From positions 1-40,966 of the forward strand of contig JAUNBU010000001.1 of the NCBI GenBank assembly GCA_030526925.1: a stretch of 40,966 bases of DNA, in the 5' to 3' direction. Numbering within the stretch: the first letter of the stretch is position 1; each line of letters starts with the position of its first letter. Origin of the DNA: Bacillota bacterium (lineage in GTDB: Bacteria > Bacillota > Clostridia > Peptostreptococcales > Anaerovoracaceae). Below the pieces are notes generated by a model. It did not search any database. It was not told the origin of the DNA and saw only the letters and a list, made by a program, of their open reading frames with translations. Of the stretch, positions 26,837-35,518 are shown piece by piece. Position numbers and translations under genes: made by a program.

Positions 26837-27989
26837 TTTTACTTATGAAAACCCGACCAGGATACATTTCGGAAAGAAGGCCATTGAAAATCTCAAACCG
26901 GAATTGGAGCATTATGGAGATACCATCCTGCTGGCATATGGCAAGGGCTCCATCAAGCAAATAGGTCTGTATGACCAGCTTATGGAGATATTTAAGGATT
27001 GCGGCAAGAAGGTGGTGGAGCTTTCCGGCATCATGCCAAATCCCACCTATGAAAAGGTTCTGGAGGGCTGCCGTCTTGTACGGGAGAACGACGTGGACTT
27101 GATATTGGCAGTGGGCGGCGGCTCGGTCATCGACTGCGCCAAGGCTATTTCCCTGTCGGCATACTGCGAGGGAGATGCCTGGACCAGGTACTGGATCAAC
27201 GTGGAACCCCTTACCAATGAGGTGGTCCCGGTGGCATCCATTCTCACTATGGCTGGAACCGGCTCGGAAATGAACAGCGGGACGGTCATCACCAACGAAG
27301 AGCAAAAGATCAAGATGGGAAGGATCTACCCGGCCATGGTCAACCCGCGCTTTTCCATACTCAACCCGGAATACACCTACTCCGTTTCCAAGTACCAGAT
27401 GGTCAGCGGTATCTTCGACATGATGTCCCATCTGATGGAGGCTTATTTCGCAGGCGATGACGATGGTACGTCCAACTATATCATCGAGGGCTTGCTGCGG
27501 TCCATAATCAACAGCGCCGGGATTGCCGTTGAAAATCCGGAGGACTACGAAGCAAGAAGCAATCTGATGTGGTGTTCATCCCTAGCCATGCATCCGCTGG
27601 TAGGATTGGGAAAAGCCCAGGATTGGGAAGTCCACATGATAGAGCATCAGTTGGGCGCTTACACAGACTGCGCTCACGGGATGGGGTTGGCTGCCATTTC
27701 CATGCCGTATTACCGATACGTGATGCAGTTTTATCCTGAGAAGTTCGCTCGCTTTGCCAAGGAAGTATGGCGTATAGAAGAAGCAGGCAAGACGACAGAA
27801 CAGCTGGCAGCAGCAGGCATCGACGCTCTGGAGCAGTTTGCAAAGGACTGCGGTATGGTGCTGAAGCTGCGCGATTTAAATACCACAGAAGAAATGCTGC
27901 CGCTTATTGCCAATTCTACGGTTTTGGGCGGCGGATATAAGCAGATGACACCGGAAGAGATACTGAATGTTTTGAAGGAAGCGTTTTAG
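26826..27989 (+). CDS. Iron-containing alcohol dehydrogenase (BdhA/YqhD-like)
   Basis: NPT, AVGGGSVIDCAK, GTGSEMN, D..SH..E and H.IEH...AHG.GLA motifs. ATG at 26826 follows AAGGAGG. Confidence 0.93.
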   Translation: MKFDFTYENPTRIHFGKKAIENLKPELEHYGDTILLAYGKGSIKQIGLYDQLMEIFKDCGKKVVELSGIMPNPTYEKVLEGCRLVRENDVDLILAVGGGSVIDCAKAISLSAYCEGDAWTRYWINVEPLTNEVVPVASILTMAGTGSEMNSGTVITNEEQKIKMGRIYPAMVNPRFSILNPEYTYSVSKYQMVSGIFDMMSHLMEAYFAGDDDGTSNYIIEGLLRSIINSAGIAVENPEDYEARSNLMWCSSLAMHPLVGLGKAQDWEVHMIEHQLGAYTDCAHGMGLAAISMPYYRYVMQFYPEKFARFAKEVWRIEEAGKTTEQLAAAGIDALEQFAKDCGMVLKLRDLNTTEEMLPLIANSTVLGGGYKQMTPEEILNVLKEAF

Positions 27990-28060
27990 AAGGATAAAAC
28001 CTTTAGGAGGCGCCCTGGAATCAGGGGCATTCTATAAATGCAGTGAAAGGAAATCGATAA

Positions 28061-28672
28061 ATGAGAAAATATAAAAAGATGATTTTTGCAATGATAGCTG
28101 CTTTCCTGCTGGTGTTTGCGCTGGCAGCTTGCGGCAGTTCTCAGGAAGATGAGGCGGAGTCGACAGAAGCGGCATCGGCAGGAACAACCGATGGCAACGG
28201 ACTGGTGGTCTATTTTTCCTGGTCCGGCAACACGGAATCGGTGGCACAGGAGATCCAGAGCCAGACAGGAGCGGATATTTTTCGCATAGAACCGGCTGAG
28301 GCTTATACCGACGATTACGATGAACTGCTGGATGTGGCGCAGGAGGAGCAGAGCAGCGATGCTCGCCCGGAAATTGCAGATACCATCGACAACTTCGATG
28401 ACTATGAGGTGATCTATCTGGGCTACCCCAACTGGTGGGGCGATATGCCGCAGATCATCTACTCATTCTTGGACGACTACGACCTGTCCGGCAAGACCTT
28501 GATACCGTTCTGCACCAGCGGCGGCAGCGGATTCTCAGGCAGTCTGGATACCATCGCAGACATGGAGCCGGATGCAGTGATGCTGGAAGGACTGCATATC
28601 GGCGGATCTTCTGCAGATGATGCAGCCGGCGATGTGACCCAGTGGCTGCAGGAAATCGGCATTGCGCAGTAG
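28061..28672 (+). CDS. Flavodoxin with lipoprotein signal peptide
   Basis: Lipobox LAAC, acidic linker, VYFSWSGNT, GYPNWWG and PFCTSGGSG motifs. Confidence 0.9.
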   Translation: MRKYKKMIFAMIAAFLLVFALAACGSSQEDEAESTEAASAGTTDGNGLVVYFSWSGNTESVAQEIQSQTGADIFRIEPAEAYTDDYDELLDVAQEEQSSDARPEIADTIDNFDDYEVIYLGYPNWWGDMPQIIYSFLDDYDLSGKTLIPFCTSGGSGFSGSLDTIADMEPDAVMLEGLHIGGSSADDAAGDVTQWLQEIGIAQ

Positions 28673-28717
28673 GGGCAGGAACTTACGACAAAACTGACGA
28701 TCATGAAGGAGGAAACG

Positions 28718-29842
28718 ATGAGCTATTTAGGAGAAGACATTCGAAAATTAGGATTCGGGTTGATGCGATTGCCCCAGAATGGTGACAAGATCGATGTGGA
28801 ACAGGTAAAGGAAATGGTAGACCTGTTCATGGACGCAGGATTCACATACTTTGATACGGCGTGGGCTTATGCGGGAAGCGAGGATGCCATCCGCCAGGCG
28901 CTGGTGGAGCGGTATCCTAGAGAAAGCTTCCAGCTGGCGACCAAGAATGCAGCATGGATCAACTGCAAGACCAGGGAAGAGGCAATAAATCAGTTTGAAA
29001 CTTCCCTGAAGCAGACAGGGGCAGGATACTTTGACTACTATCTGCTCCACAACCTGGGAGAGGGTCGTACCAAATATTTTGACGACTTTGATATGTGGAC
29101 CTGGGTTCAGGAAAAGAAAAAAGAAGGCAAGATCAAGCACGTAGGCTTTTCCTTCCACTCTACCGCCGACGAACTGGAGCCGATTTTGCAGCAGCATCCG
29201 GAAATGGAATTCGTGCAGCTGCAGATCAACTATGCCGATTGGGACAGCCCATCCGTCCAGTCCAGAGCATGCTATGAGGTGGCGCGAAAATATGACAAAC
29301 CGGTCATTGTTATGGAGCCGGTCAAAGGCGGTATGCTGGCAACACCGCCGCAGTCGGTGGTGGATGTTTTAAAGGCAGCCGAGCCTGAATCCTCCGTTGC
29401 CTCCTGGGGTGTGCGTTTTGCAGCCGATCTGGAAGGAATCATTACGGTGCTGTCCGGTATGAGCAACGTGGAACAGATGAAGGACAATCTTTCCTATATG
29501 AAGGACTTTACGCATTTGAATGAGGATCAAAAGAAGACGCTGGAGAAAGCTCAGGAGGAGCTGGCGAAGATTCCGCTGATCCCGTGCACTACCTGCGATT
29601 ATTGTGCCAAGGTATGTCCGCTGGACATCGGTATCTCCGGTTCATTTACAGCCATGAATCTTCTGACTCTTTATGGAGATAAAGCTGCTGCAAAGGGTCA
29701 AGAGGAATGGCTGGTAGGAGGCCATGGAAAGAAGTCTGCCACCGAGTGCATCAAGTGCGGTAAATGCGAGGAAGCCTGTCCGCAGCATATTGCCATTCGC
29801 GAAAATCTGGATACAGTGGTCAGCCAGCTGATTGAGAAATAA
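28718..29842 (+). CDS. Aldo/keto reductase with C-terminal 4Fe-4S dicluster
   Basis: LGFGLMRLP, YFDTAWAY, GFSFH and MEPVKGG motifs; CTTCDYC...CP and CIKCGKCEEACPQ. ATG at 28718 follows AAGGAGG. Confidence 0.93.
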   Translation: MSYLGEDIRKLGFGLMRLPQNGDKIDVEQVKEMVDLFMDAGFTYFDTAWAYAGSEDAIRQALVERYPRESFQLATKNAAWINCKTREEAINQFETSLKQTGAGYFDYYLLHNLGEGRTKYFDDFDMWTWVQEKKKEGKIKHVGFSFHSTADELEPILQQHPEMEFVQLQINYADWDSPSVQSRACYEVARKYDKPVIVMEPVKGGMLATPPQSVVDVLKAAEPESSVASWGVRFAADLEGIITVLSGMSNVEQMKDNLSYMKDFTHLNEDQKKTLEKAQEELAKIPLIPCTTCDYCAKVCPLDIGISGSFTAMNLLTLYGDKAAAKGQEEWLVGGHGKKSATECIKCGKCEEACPQHIAIRENLDTVVSQLIEK

Positions 29843-30570
29843 TGAAACTGAAACAAAAGAAAAAGATAAAAATTTTGATTGACATCCTTATGATGGCAGG
29901 ATTGTTGTTTCTGTCCGGCTATCAATTCTGGGGTCAGGCTGCCCACGAATGGGCGGGAGCAGCCATGCTGGTGTTGTTTATTCTTCACAACATCCTAAAC
30001 AAACACTGGTACCGTGGCTTGTTTAAAGGGCGGTACCATCCGGTGCGGGTATTTCAATTATGCGTGATCGGCTTGGTCCTCGTCGCCATGGCGATCCAGA
30101 TGTACAGCGGTATCCGCATGTCGAGAGAAGTGTTTGATTTTCTTCCATTGGATGGAAACCTTTCAACCATCAGGCTTTTGCATATCCTTGGTGCTTACTG
30201 GGGATTTGTTCTCATGTGCCTGCATCTCGGTATGCACGGTGGTATGATGTCAAAGGTGGTGAAAAAGCGCCCGCTGAGCGAATCCTCTGAAGGGCAGGTG
30301 GCATCTGTCGGTGCGGAGGCCCGCATTTCCGGCAAAGCCCCCTTTTTTGCAGGACTGCTGATCGCCTCATACGGCATTTTCGTATTCTTCAAACGGGATT
30401 TTCCGACCTATATGTTCCTGCAGTCAGAGTTCGTCTTTATGGACTACAGCGAACCGCCAGCCCTGTTTTACCTGGACTACCTGGCGCTGGTGCTGCTGTG
30501 GGCATTTGCAGGACATTACAGCACGAAACTGTTGAAAATAAAATTACCCGAAAATAGAAAGCGCAGATAA
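29842..30570 (+). CDS. DUF4405-type membrane protein with intramembrane histidines
   Basis: HEWAG, H..LN..W and LH...AYWGFVLM.LHLG.H motifs. Confidence 0.75.
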   Translation: MKLKQKKKIKILIDILMMAGLLFLSGYQFWGQAAHEWAGAAMLVLFILHNILNKHWYRGLFKGRYHPVRVFQLCVIGLVLVAMAIQMYSGIRMSREVFDFLPLDGNLSTIRLLHILGAYWGFVLMCLHLGMHGGMMSKVVKKRPLSESSEGQVASVGAEARISGKAPFFAGLLIASYGIFVFFKRDFPTYMFLQSEFVFMDYSEPPALFYLDYLALVLLWAFAGHYSTKLLKIKLPENRKRR

Positions 30571-30606
30571 CCGCTTAAAACTACTTTGGTAATTAAGAAC
30601 CCAACC

Positions 30607-30673
30607 ATGCCTTTCAAGCATGATAATCGATAAAAAACAGGTATTGGACACTTTTTCGGCAGCGATTTACAAT
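30607..30673 (+). promoter_or_regulatory. LysR-type box plus promoter (copy 2)
   Basis: ATGC-N7-GCAT (30607-30621), AGGTAT, TGGACA-17-TACAAT. Confidence 0.7.
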
Positions 30674-30693
30674 AAAAGCAAGGAGGAAATACC

Positions 30694-31836
30694 ATGCAAT
30701 ATAAAACATTCAAAGGCTTGAAGCTGTCAGCTCTGGGAATGGGCGCCATGCGCCTGCCTACCGTAGATGAAACATATGCCAACATAGATGAGAAGGTGAC
30801 ACGGCAGATGGTGGATTACGCCATGGAGCAGGGCGTCAACTATTTCGATACTGCCTGGGGCTATCACGACGGCAATTCGGAAGTCGTCATGGGAAAGGCG
30901 CTGAGCGGCTATCCCCGCGATAGCTACTATCTGGCTGACAAATTCCCCGGCTATGACCTTTCCAATATGGATAAGGTTGGAGAGATCTTTGAGGAACAGT
31001 TAAAGCGCTGCGGTGTGGATTACTTCGATTTTTATCTGCTTCACAACGTCTGTGAGATGAACATCGATGCTTACCTGGACGAAAAATACGGCATTATGGA
31101 CTACCTGAGAAAACAAAGAGATGCAGGGCGTATCAAGCATCTGGGTTTTTCTGTACACGGCGGTAACGATGTGTTGAAGCGTTTTTTAGAAGCCTACGGT
31201 TCGGAAATGGAGTTCTGCCAGGTGCAGCTCAACTATATGGACTGGACCTTCCAGGATGCAAAGGGCAAGGTGGACATTCTGAAAGGGTATGATATTCCTG
31301 TCTGGGTCATGGAGCCGTTGAGGGGCGGTAAGCTGGCACAGCTGTCAGAAGAAGATGCGGCAAAGCTGAAAGCTTTGCGCCCGGAAGAGACTGTAACGTC
31401 ATGGGCATTTCGCTTCCTTCAGTCGTTGCCGGAGGTTGTGGTGACCCTTTCCGGCATGTCTAACTTCCGGCAGACGCAGGAAAATATCAAGACATATGAG
31501 ACGGACGCACCATTGACCGATGAAGAAATGAAAGTGCTTTTGCAGGTTGCAGAGGATATGGTGGGCAGAACTGCATTGCCTTGTACGTCATGCCGTTATT
31601 GCGAGAGTCACTGTCCACAGGAGCTGGAAATATCAAGATTGCTGTTCTTGTATAACGAGCATACGGTGACGGGAGGCGGATTCATGGCGCCTATGGCTTT
31701 ATCGGCGGTACCGGAGGAGAGACAGCCTTCTGCTTGTGTAGGCTGCAGAAGCTGTGAAGCTGTCTGTCCGCAGCAAATCAAGATTTCGGAAGCTTTGGCA
31801 GATTTCACGGAAAAGCTGAAGCAGCCACCGCAGTAG
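30694..31836 (+). CDS. Aldo/keto reductase with C-terminal 4Fe-4S dicluster
   Basis: LGMGAMRLP, YFDTAWGY and MEPLRGG motifs; CTSCRYC..HCP and CVGCRSCEAVCPQ. Confidence 0.93.
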   Translation: MQYKTFKGLKLSALGMGAMRLPTVDETYANIDEKVTRQMVDYAMEQGVNYFDTAWGYHDGNSEVVMGKALSGYPRDSYYLADKFPGYDLSNMDKVGEIFEEQLKRCGVDYFDFYLLHNVCEMNIDAYLDEKYGIMDYLRKQRDAGRIKHLGFSVHGGNDVLKRFLEAYGSEMEFCQVQLNYMDWTFQDAKGKVDILKGYDIPVWVMEPLRGGKLAQLSEEDAAKLKALRPEETVTSWAFRFLQSLPEVVVTLSGMSNFRQTQENIKTYETDAPLTDEEMKVLLQVAEDMVGRTALPCTSCRYCESHCPQELEISRLLFLYNEHTVTGGGFMAPMALSAVPEERQPSACVGCRSCEAVCPQQIKISEALADFTEKLKQPPQ

Positions 31837-31900
31837 AGCCTGCTTTGCAGCAAACAGCAAGCAAATGAGCATATTATGACTTTCTGGAATGACCGGAACA

Positions 31901-31955
31901 AGCCGAAACTATCGGGAAATTCTCACGAGAAATCCCCGCAGGTTTCGGCTTCTTT
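31901..31955 (+). terminator. Long hairpin, probable terminator
   Basis: AGCCGAAAC...GTTTCGGCT outer stem, inner TTCTC/GAGAA stem, followed by a T-rich tail. Confidence 0.65.
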
Positions 31956-32022
31956 GTTTTAGTTGAGTGAACTGTCGAAATATGGTATAATTGGGATACA
32001 TGAGTGTGGGAGGGAAGAGAAT

Positions 32023-33318
32023 ATGAAAAATAAAACACGATGGCTGGTGATTGCTCTGCTTATTTTTTGCACAGGATTACTGGCAGGCTGTTCCGAGGAC
32101 AACGAGAGCATCGTTCAGGACAGCGAACAGGAAAAAGCTGAAGCAGAGGTCCAATTGTCTGTATTCGGCTTCAAGTACGAAGCCCTCAACGTGAAAGCCA
32201 TCGAGGATACGCTTCACGATTATATGGAAGAACATCCGGAGGTCTTTATTTCCTACGACGGAATCAAGGGCCCGGAGTATTTTGATGTATTGGAAAAGAG
32301 AATAGCCTCCGGCAACGGGGACGATATATTTATGGTGGACCATGAACGGGTCTTAAAATTGAGCGCAGAAGGAAAGCTGGCAGATCTCTCGGATCTTTCC
32401 ACGCTGGGAGACTTCAGCAAGCTGGCAAAGAGCCAGATGAACGCCACGGGAACAGTTTGGTACGTGCCGACTTCCATTTCAGCCTTCGGGCTTTACTGTA
32501 ATGAAGACCTGCTGAAGGAACACGGTCAGGACATACCGGAAAACCTGAAGGAATTTACAGAGGTTTGCGACTACTTCGTATCAGAGGGCATCACACCTAT
32601 CGTCGCCAACAACGATATTTCCCTGAAAACCATTGCCATAGCCAAAGGCATGCTGCCGGTATATCAGTCGGACGATCCTGCCGCCAGGATCCAAGCCATG
32701 AATACAGGGGAAGAAGACCTGGCGGAAACACTGAGACCGGGATTCGAGCTGGTAGAGAAGATGATCAACCGTAAATGGGTAAATGCAGAAGAAGCGTTGA
32801 CGGTGGAAAAGACCAAGGACGATCTGACCATCTTTGCAGAGGGGAAGCAGCCATTCATGCTGACGGGAGCCTGGGCAACGCCTCGTGTAAAGGCTTTGGA
32901 TCCGGACTTTTCCTTTGTAGTACAGCCATATCCTATCCTTAAGAAAAACAGCGTTCTGGTGATCAATGTAGATACACGCATCAGCATCAATGCGGAAAGT
33001 CCTGATGTAGAAGAAGCGAAGGAATTTCTCGAATATTTGACCCGGAAAGATGTAATCTGGGATTTTGCCAACAGCCAGAGCTCCTTTAGCCCTATGAAAG
33101 ACAACAGGCTGGCGGAGGATGAATCTATCCAGGCCATAGGACCTTATCTTAACAACGGATACAGCGTATTGGGTTCAGACGACACACTGCAATATCCTAT
33201 CTGGGACCAAACGAAGCAGTGTATCCAGGGAATGCTGGAAGGCGACGACAGTGATGCTGCCGTGGAGCGTATGCGTCAGTTGATCCTCGAGTGGAGGGAA
33301 GCTGAACAGAAGGAGTAG
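32023..33318 (+). CDS. Family-1 solute-binding lipoprotein
   Basis: Lipobox LAGC; GDDIFM, G.LADLS, YVPT...FGLYCN.DLL and AKEFLEYL motifs. Promoter TTGAGT-17-TATAAT at 31963-31991 places the start at 32023. Confidence 0.88.
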   Translation: MKNKTRWLVIALLIFCTGLLAGCSEDNESIVQDSEQEKAEAEVQLSVFGFKYEALNVKAIEDTLHDYMEEHPEVFISYDGIKGPEYFDVLEKRIASGNGDDIFMVDHERVLKLSAEGKLADLSDLSTLGDFSKLAKSQMNATGTVWYVPTSISAFGLYCNEDLLKEHGQDIPENLKEFTEVCDYFVSEGITPIVANNDISLKTIAIAKGMLPVYQSDDPAARIQAMNTGEEDLAETLRPGFELVEKMINRKWVNAEEALTVEKTKDDLTIFAEGKQPFMLTGAWATPRVKALDPDFSFVVQPYPILKKNSVLVINVDTRISINAESPDVEEAKEFLEYLTRKDVIWDFANSQSSFSPMKDNRLAEDESIQAIGPYLNNGYSVLGSDDTLQYPIWDQTKQCIQGMLEGDDSDAAVERMRQLILEWREAEQKE

Positions 33319-33324
33319 GAAACA

Positions 33325-35478
33325 ATGAACAGAAAGAGGCTTTTTATCGGCATGAGCGTTCTTCTGATCGGAACCCTTCTGGCAGGAGGACTCTATTACA
33401 TCGGAAGCGTCAGAGATGCGCTGTGGAACAAAGCGGTTCTGGACGTGTTGGAGGTGACCGCTCAGGGACGCCATGCACTGGACATTTATGTAGAGAAGGA
33501 AGAAGAACTGCTGACGTTGCTGGCGGATGAATTGGAAACAAAAAACAGCACCGATACGGCAGATATCGAGGAGACGATCCACTTGTCGGGGGAATCGGGC
33601 GCCACCTATTCCTGCGTGGATCTGGGCAGCGGCAAACTGTATACTACGGAGGAAACGGGTGAAGAGTATTTGAGCGCAGAGCGTCTTGATTCGCTTAGTT
33701 CCTTGGGAGAAATAGGTTTTCAGGAGCCGTTTCTCGATGATGCCACCGGAATATGGAACACAGGAGGGTATCTGCGGTTTTCATTTGCCGACGGCGTAGA
33801 GGGGATCGCACAGAAAACCACGACGGTATCCGAGATGGCGCAGCGGTTTTCTCTGTTTTTTTATGATAACACGGGCTTTTCCTATGTGGTGGATTCAGAC
33901 GGCGAGATCCTCATGCGCTCCGAGCACCGCAACAGCAACAGGACATTCCAGAACCTGTTTGACGTTATAGATCTACAGGACAACGATCCTCAGGAGCTGG
34001 AGGCATTCCAGCAGGCGCTTCAAGAAGATAAACAGGGCGTTTCCTGTTTCCGTTACAAGGAAGAGGAATACGTCTTTTGCTATGTTCCCATGGAGAGCGT
34101 GGAAGGCTGGTATGTAGTGTCCATCATTCCTAACGATGTGATCATGAAACAGGCAAACCAGATCTTAAAGCATTCTCAGATAATGCTGATAATGATACTG
34201 CTCATACTGCTTATTCTGGCAGCGTTCTTCCTGGTATACTGGAACTCCATGCGTCGGATATTCCAGGCAGAGGAAAGGGCAAGGCGCGCTGCGGAAAGCG
34301 CCAACGTGGTCAAGAGCCGGTTCTTTTCCAGTATGTCTCACGATATCAGGACTCCTATCAACGCCATTTTGGGCATGACGGAGCTGGCGTCCAATCATTT
34401 GGACGAGCCGGATCGGATGGAAGAATATCTTAAAAAAATCAAGCATTCGGGGCGGCTGCTGACCGGATTGATCAATGATGTCCTTGATATGTCCAAAATA
34501 GAAAACGGGAAGCTGCTGCTTCACGAGGAGAATAATTCTCTGATCAAAATGCTGCAGGAGTCGTCAGACTTGGTCCAGGTGTTGGCTTCACAGAAGCGGC
34601 AACATTTCTCCGTAAGGCTGCACCAGATGGAACACGATATCCTATATTTCGACAGCTTGCGGCTCAACCAGGTGCTGATGAATATCCTCTCCAATGCGGT
34701 GAAATTCACGCCGGAGGGTGGAACCGTCAGTTTTGATGTGACGGAAGAACCTTCTAAAAAGGAAGGCTGCGCCCGATTTGTTTTCCGTATTGCCGATAAC
34801 GGTATAGGCATGAGTCCGGATTTCATCAAGGATATCTTTACCTTCTTTTCCAGGGAGAAGGACAGCAGAGTTGACCGCACGGAAGGAAGTGGTCTGGGGC
34901 TGGCAATCACTAAAACCATCGTCGATATGATGGAGGGTAACATCCAGGTAGAAAGCGAACGGGGAGAAGGGTCCGTGTTTACGGTCACATTGGATTTACC
35001 GTTGGCAGAGGAACAGGAAGAAAGTCCTCACATCCCATCGGAGATACGCATTCTGCCGGAAGACGAAGAAGAGAAGCCGACCATAGATTTGACCGGGAAG
35101 CGGATATTGGTAGTAGAAGATAATAGGCTGAATCAGGAGATCGTTGCGGAGGTTTTGACGGGAGCCGGTGCACAGATAGTTCTCGCAGGGACCGGTATGG
35201 ATGGTATCAAGCGCTTCGAAGAAGCGGAAGAAGGATTCTTCGATTTGATACTGATGGACATCAACATGCCTGGCATGAACGGCTACGATGCCACCAAAGC
35301 CATCAGAGCAATGAAAAGGGCAGATGCCGGCAGGATTCCGATCTTTGCCATGACTGCAGATGCTTTCGCAGAGGATATCGCAGAGGCTAAAAAGGCGGGG
35401 ATGAGTTGTCATTTGTCAAAGCCTCTTGATATACAGGGAATGCTGGAGCAAATCAAAAAGTACGTGTTGGAATCATAG
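33325..35478 (+). CDS. Membrane hybrid histidine kinase (Cache-like sensor, HisKA, HATPase, REC)
   Basis: Two TM segments; SSMSHDIRTPIN, NILSNAVKFT, DNGIG, GSGLGL and MDINMP motifs. Confidence 0.93.
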   Translation: MNRKRLFIGMSVLLIGTLLAGGLYYIGSVRDALWNKAVLDVLEVTAQGRHALDIYVEKEEELLTLLADELETKNSTDTADIEETIHLSGESGATYSCVDLGSGKLYTTEETGEEYLSAERLDSLSSLGEIGFQEPFLDDATGIWNTGGYLRFSFADGVEGIAQKTTTVSEMAQRFSLFFYDNTGFSYVVDSDGEILMRSEHRNSNRTFQNLFDVIDLQDNDPQELEAFQQALQEDKQGVSCFRYKEEEYVFCYVPMESVEGWYVVSIIPNDVIMKQANQILKHSQIMLIMILLILLILAAFFLVYWNSMRRIFQAEERARRAAESANVVKSRFFSSMSHDIRTPINAILGMTELASNHLDEPDRMEEYLKKIKHSGRLLTGLINDVLDMSKIENGKLLLHEENNSLIKMLQESSDLVQVLASQKRQHFSVRLHQMEHDILYFDSLRLNQVLMNILSNAVKFTPEGGTVSFDVTEEPSKKEGCARFVFRIADNGIGMSPDFIKDIFTFFSREKDSRVDRTEGSGLGLAITKTIVDMMEGNIQVESERGEGSVFTVTLDLPLAEEQEESPHIPSEIRILPEDEEEKPTIDLTGKRILVVEDNRLNQEIVAEVLTGAGAQIVLAGTGMDGIKRFEEAEEGFFDLILMDINMPGMNGYDATKAIRAMKRADAGRIPIFAMTADAFAEDIAEAKKAGMSCHLSKPLDIQGMLEQIKKYVLES

Positions 35479-35518
35479 GGCAGTGGGATGCTGAAGGGCG
35501 AAGGAAGGAAACCGTAAT

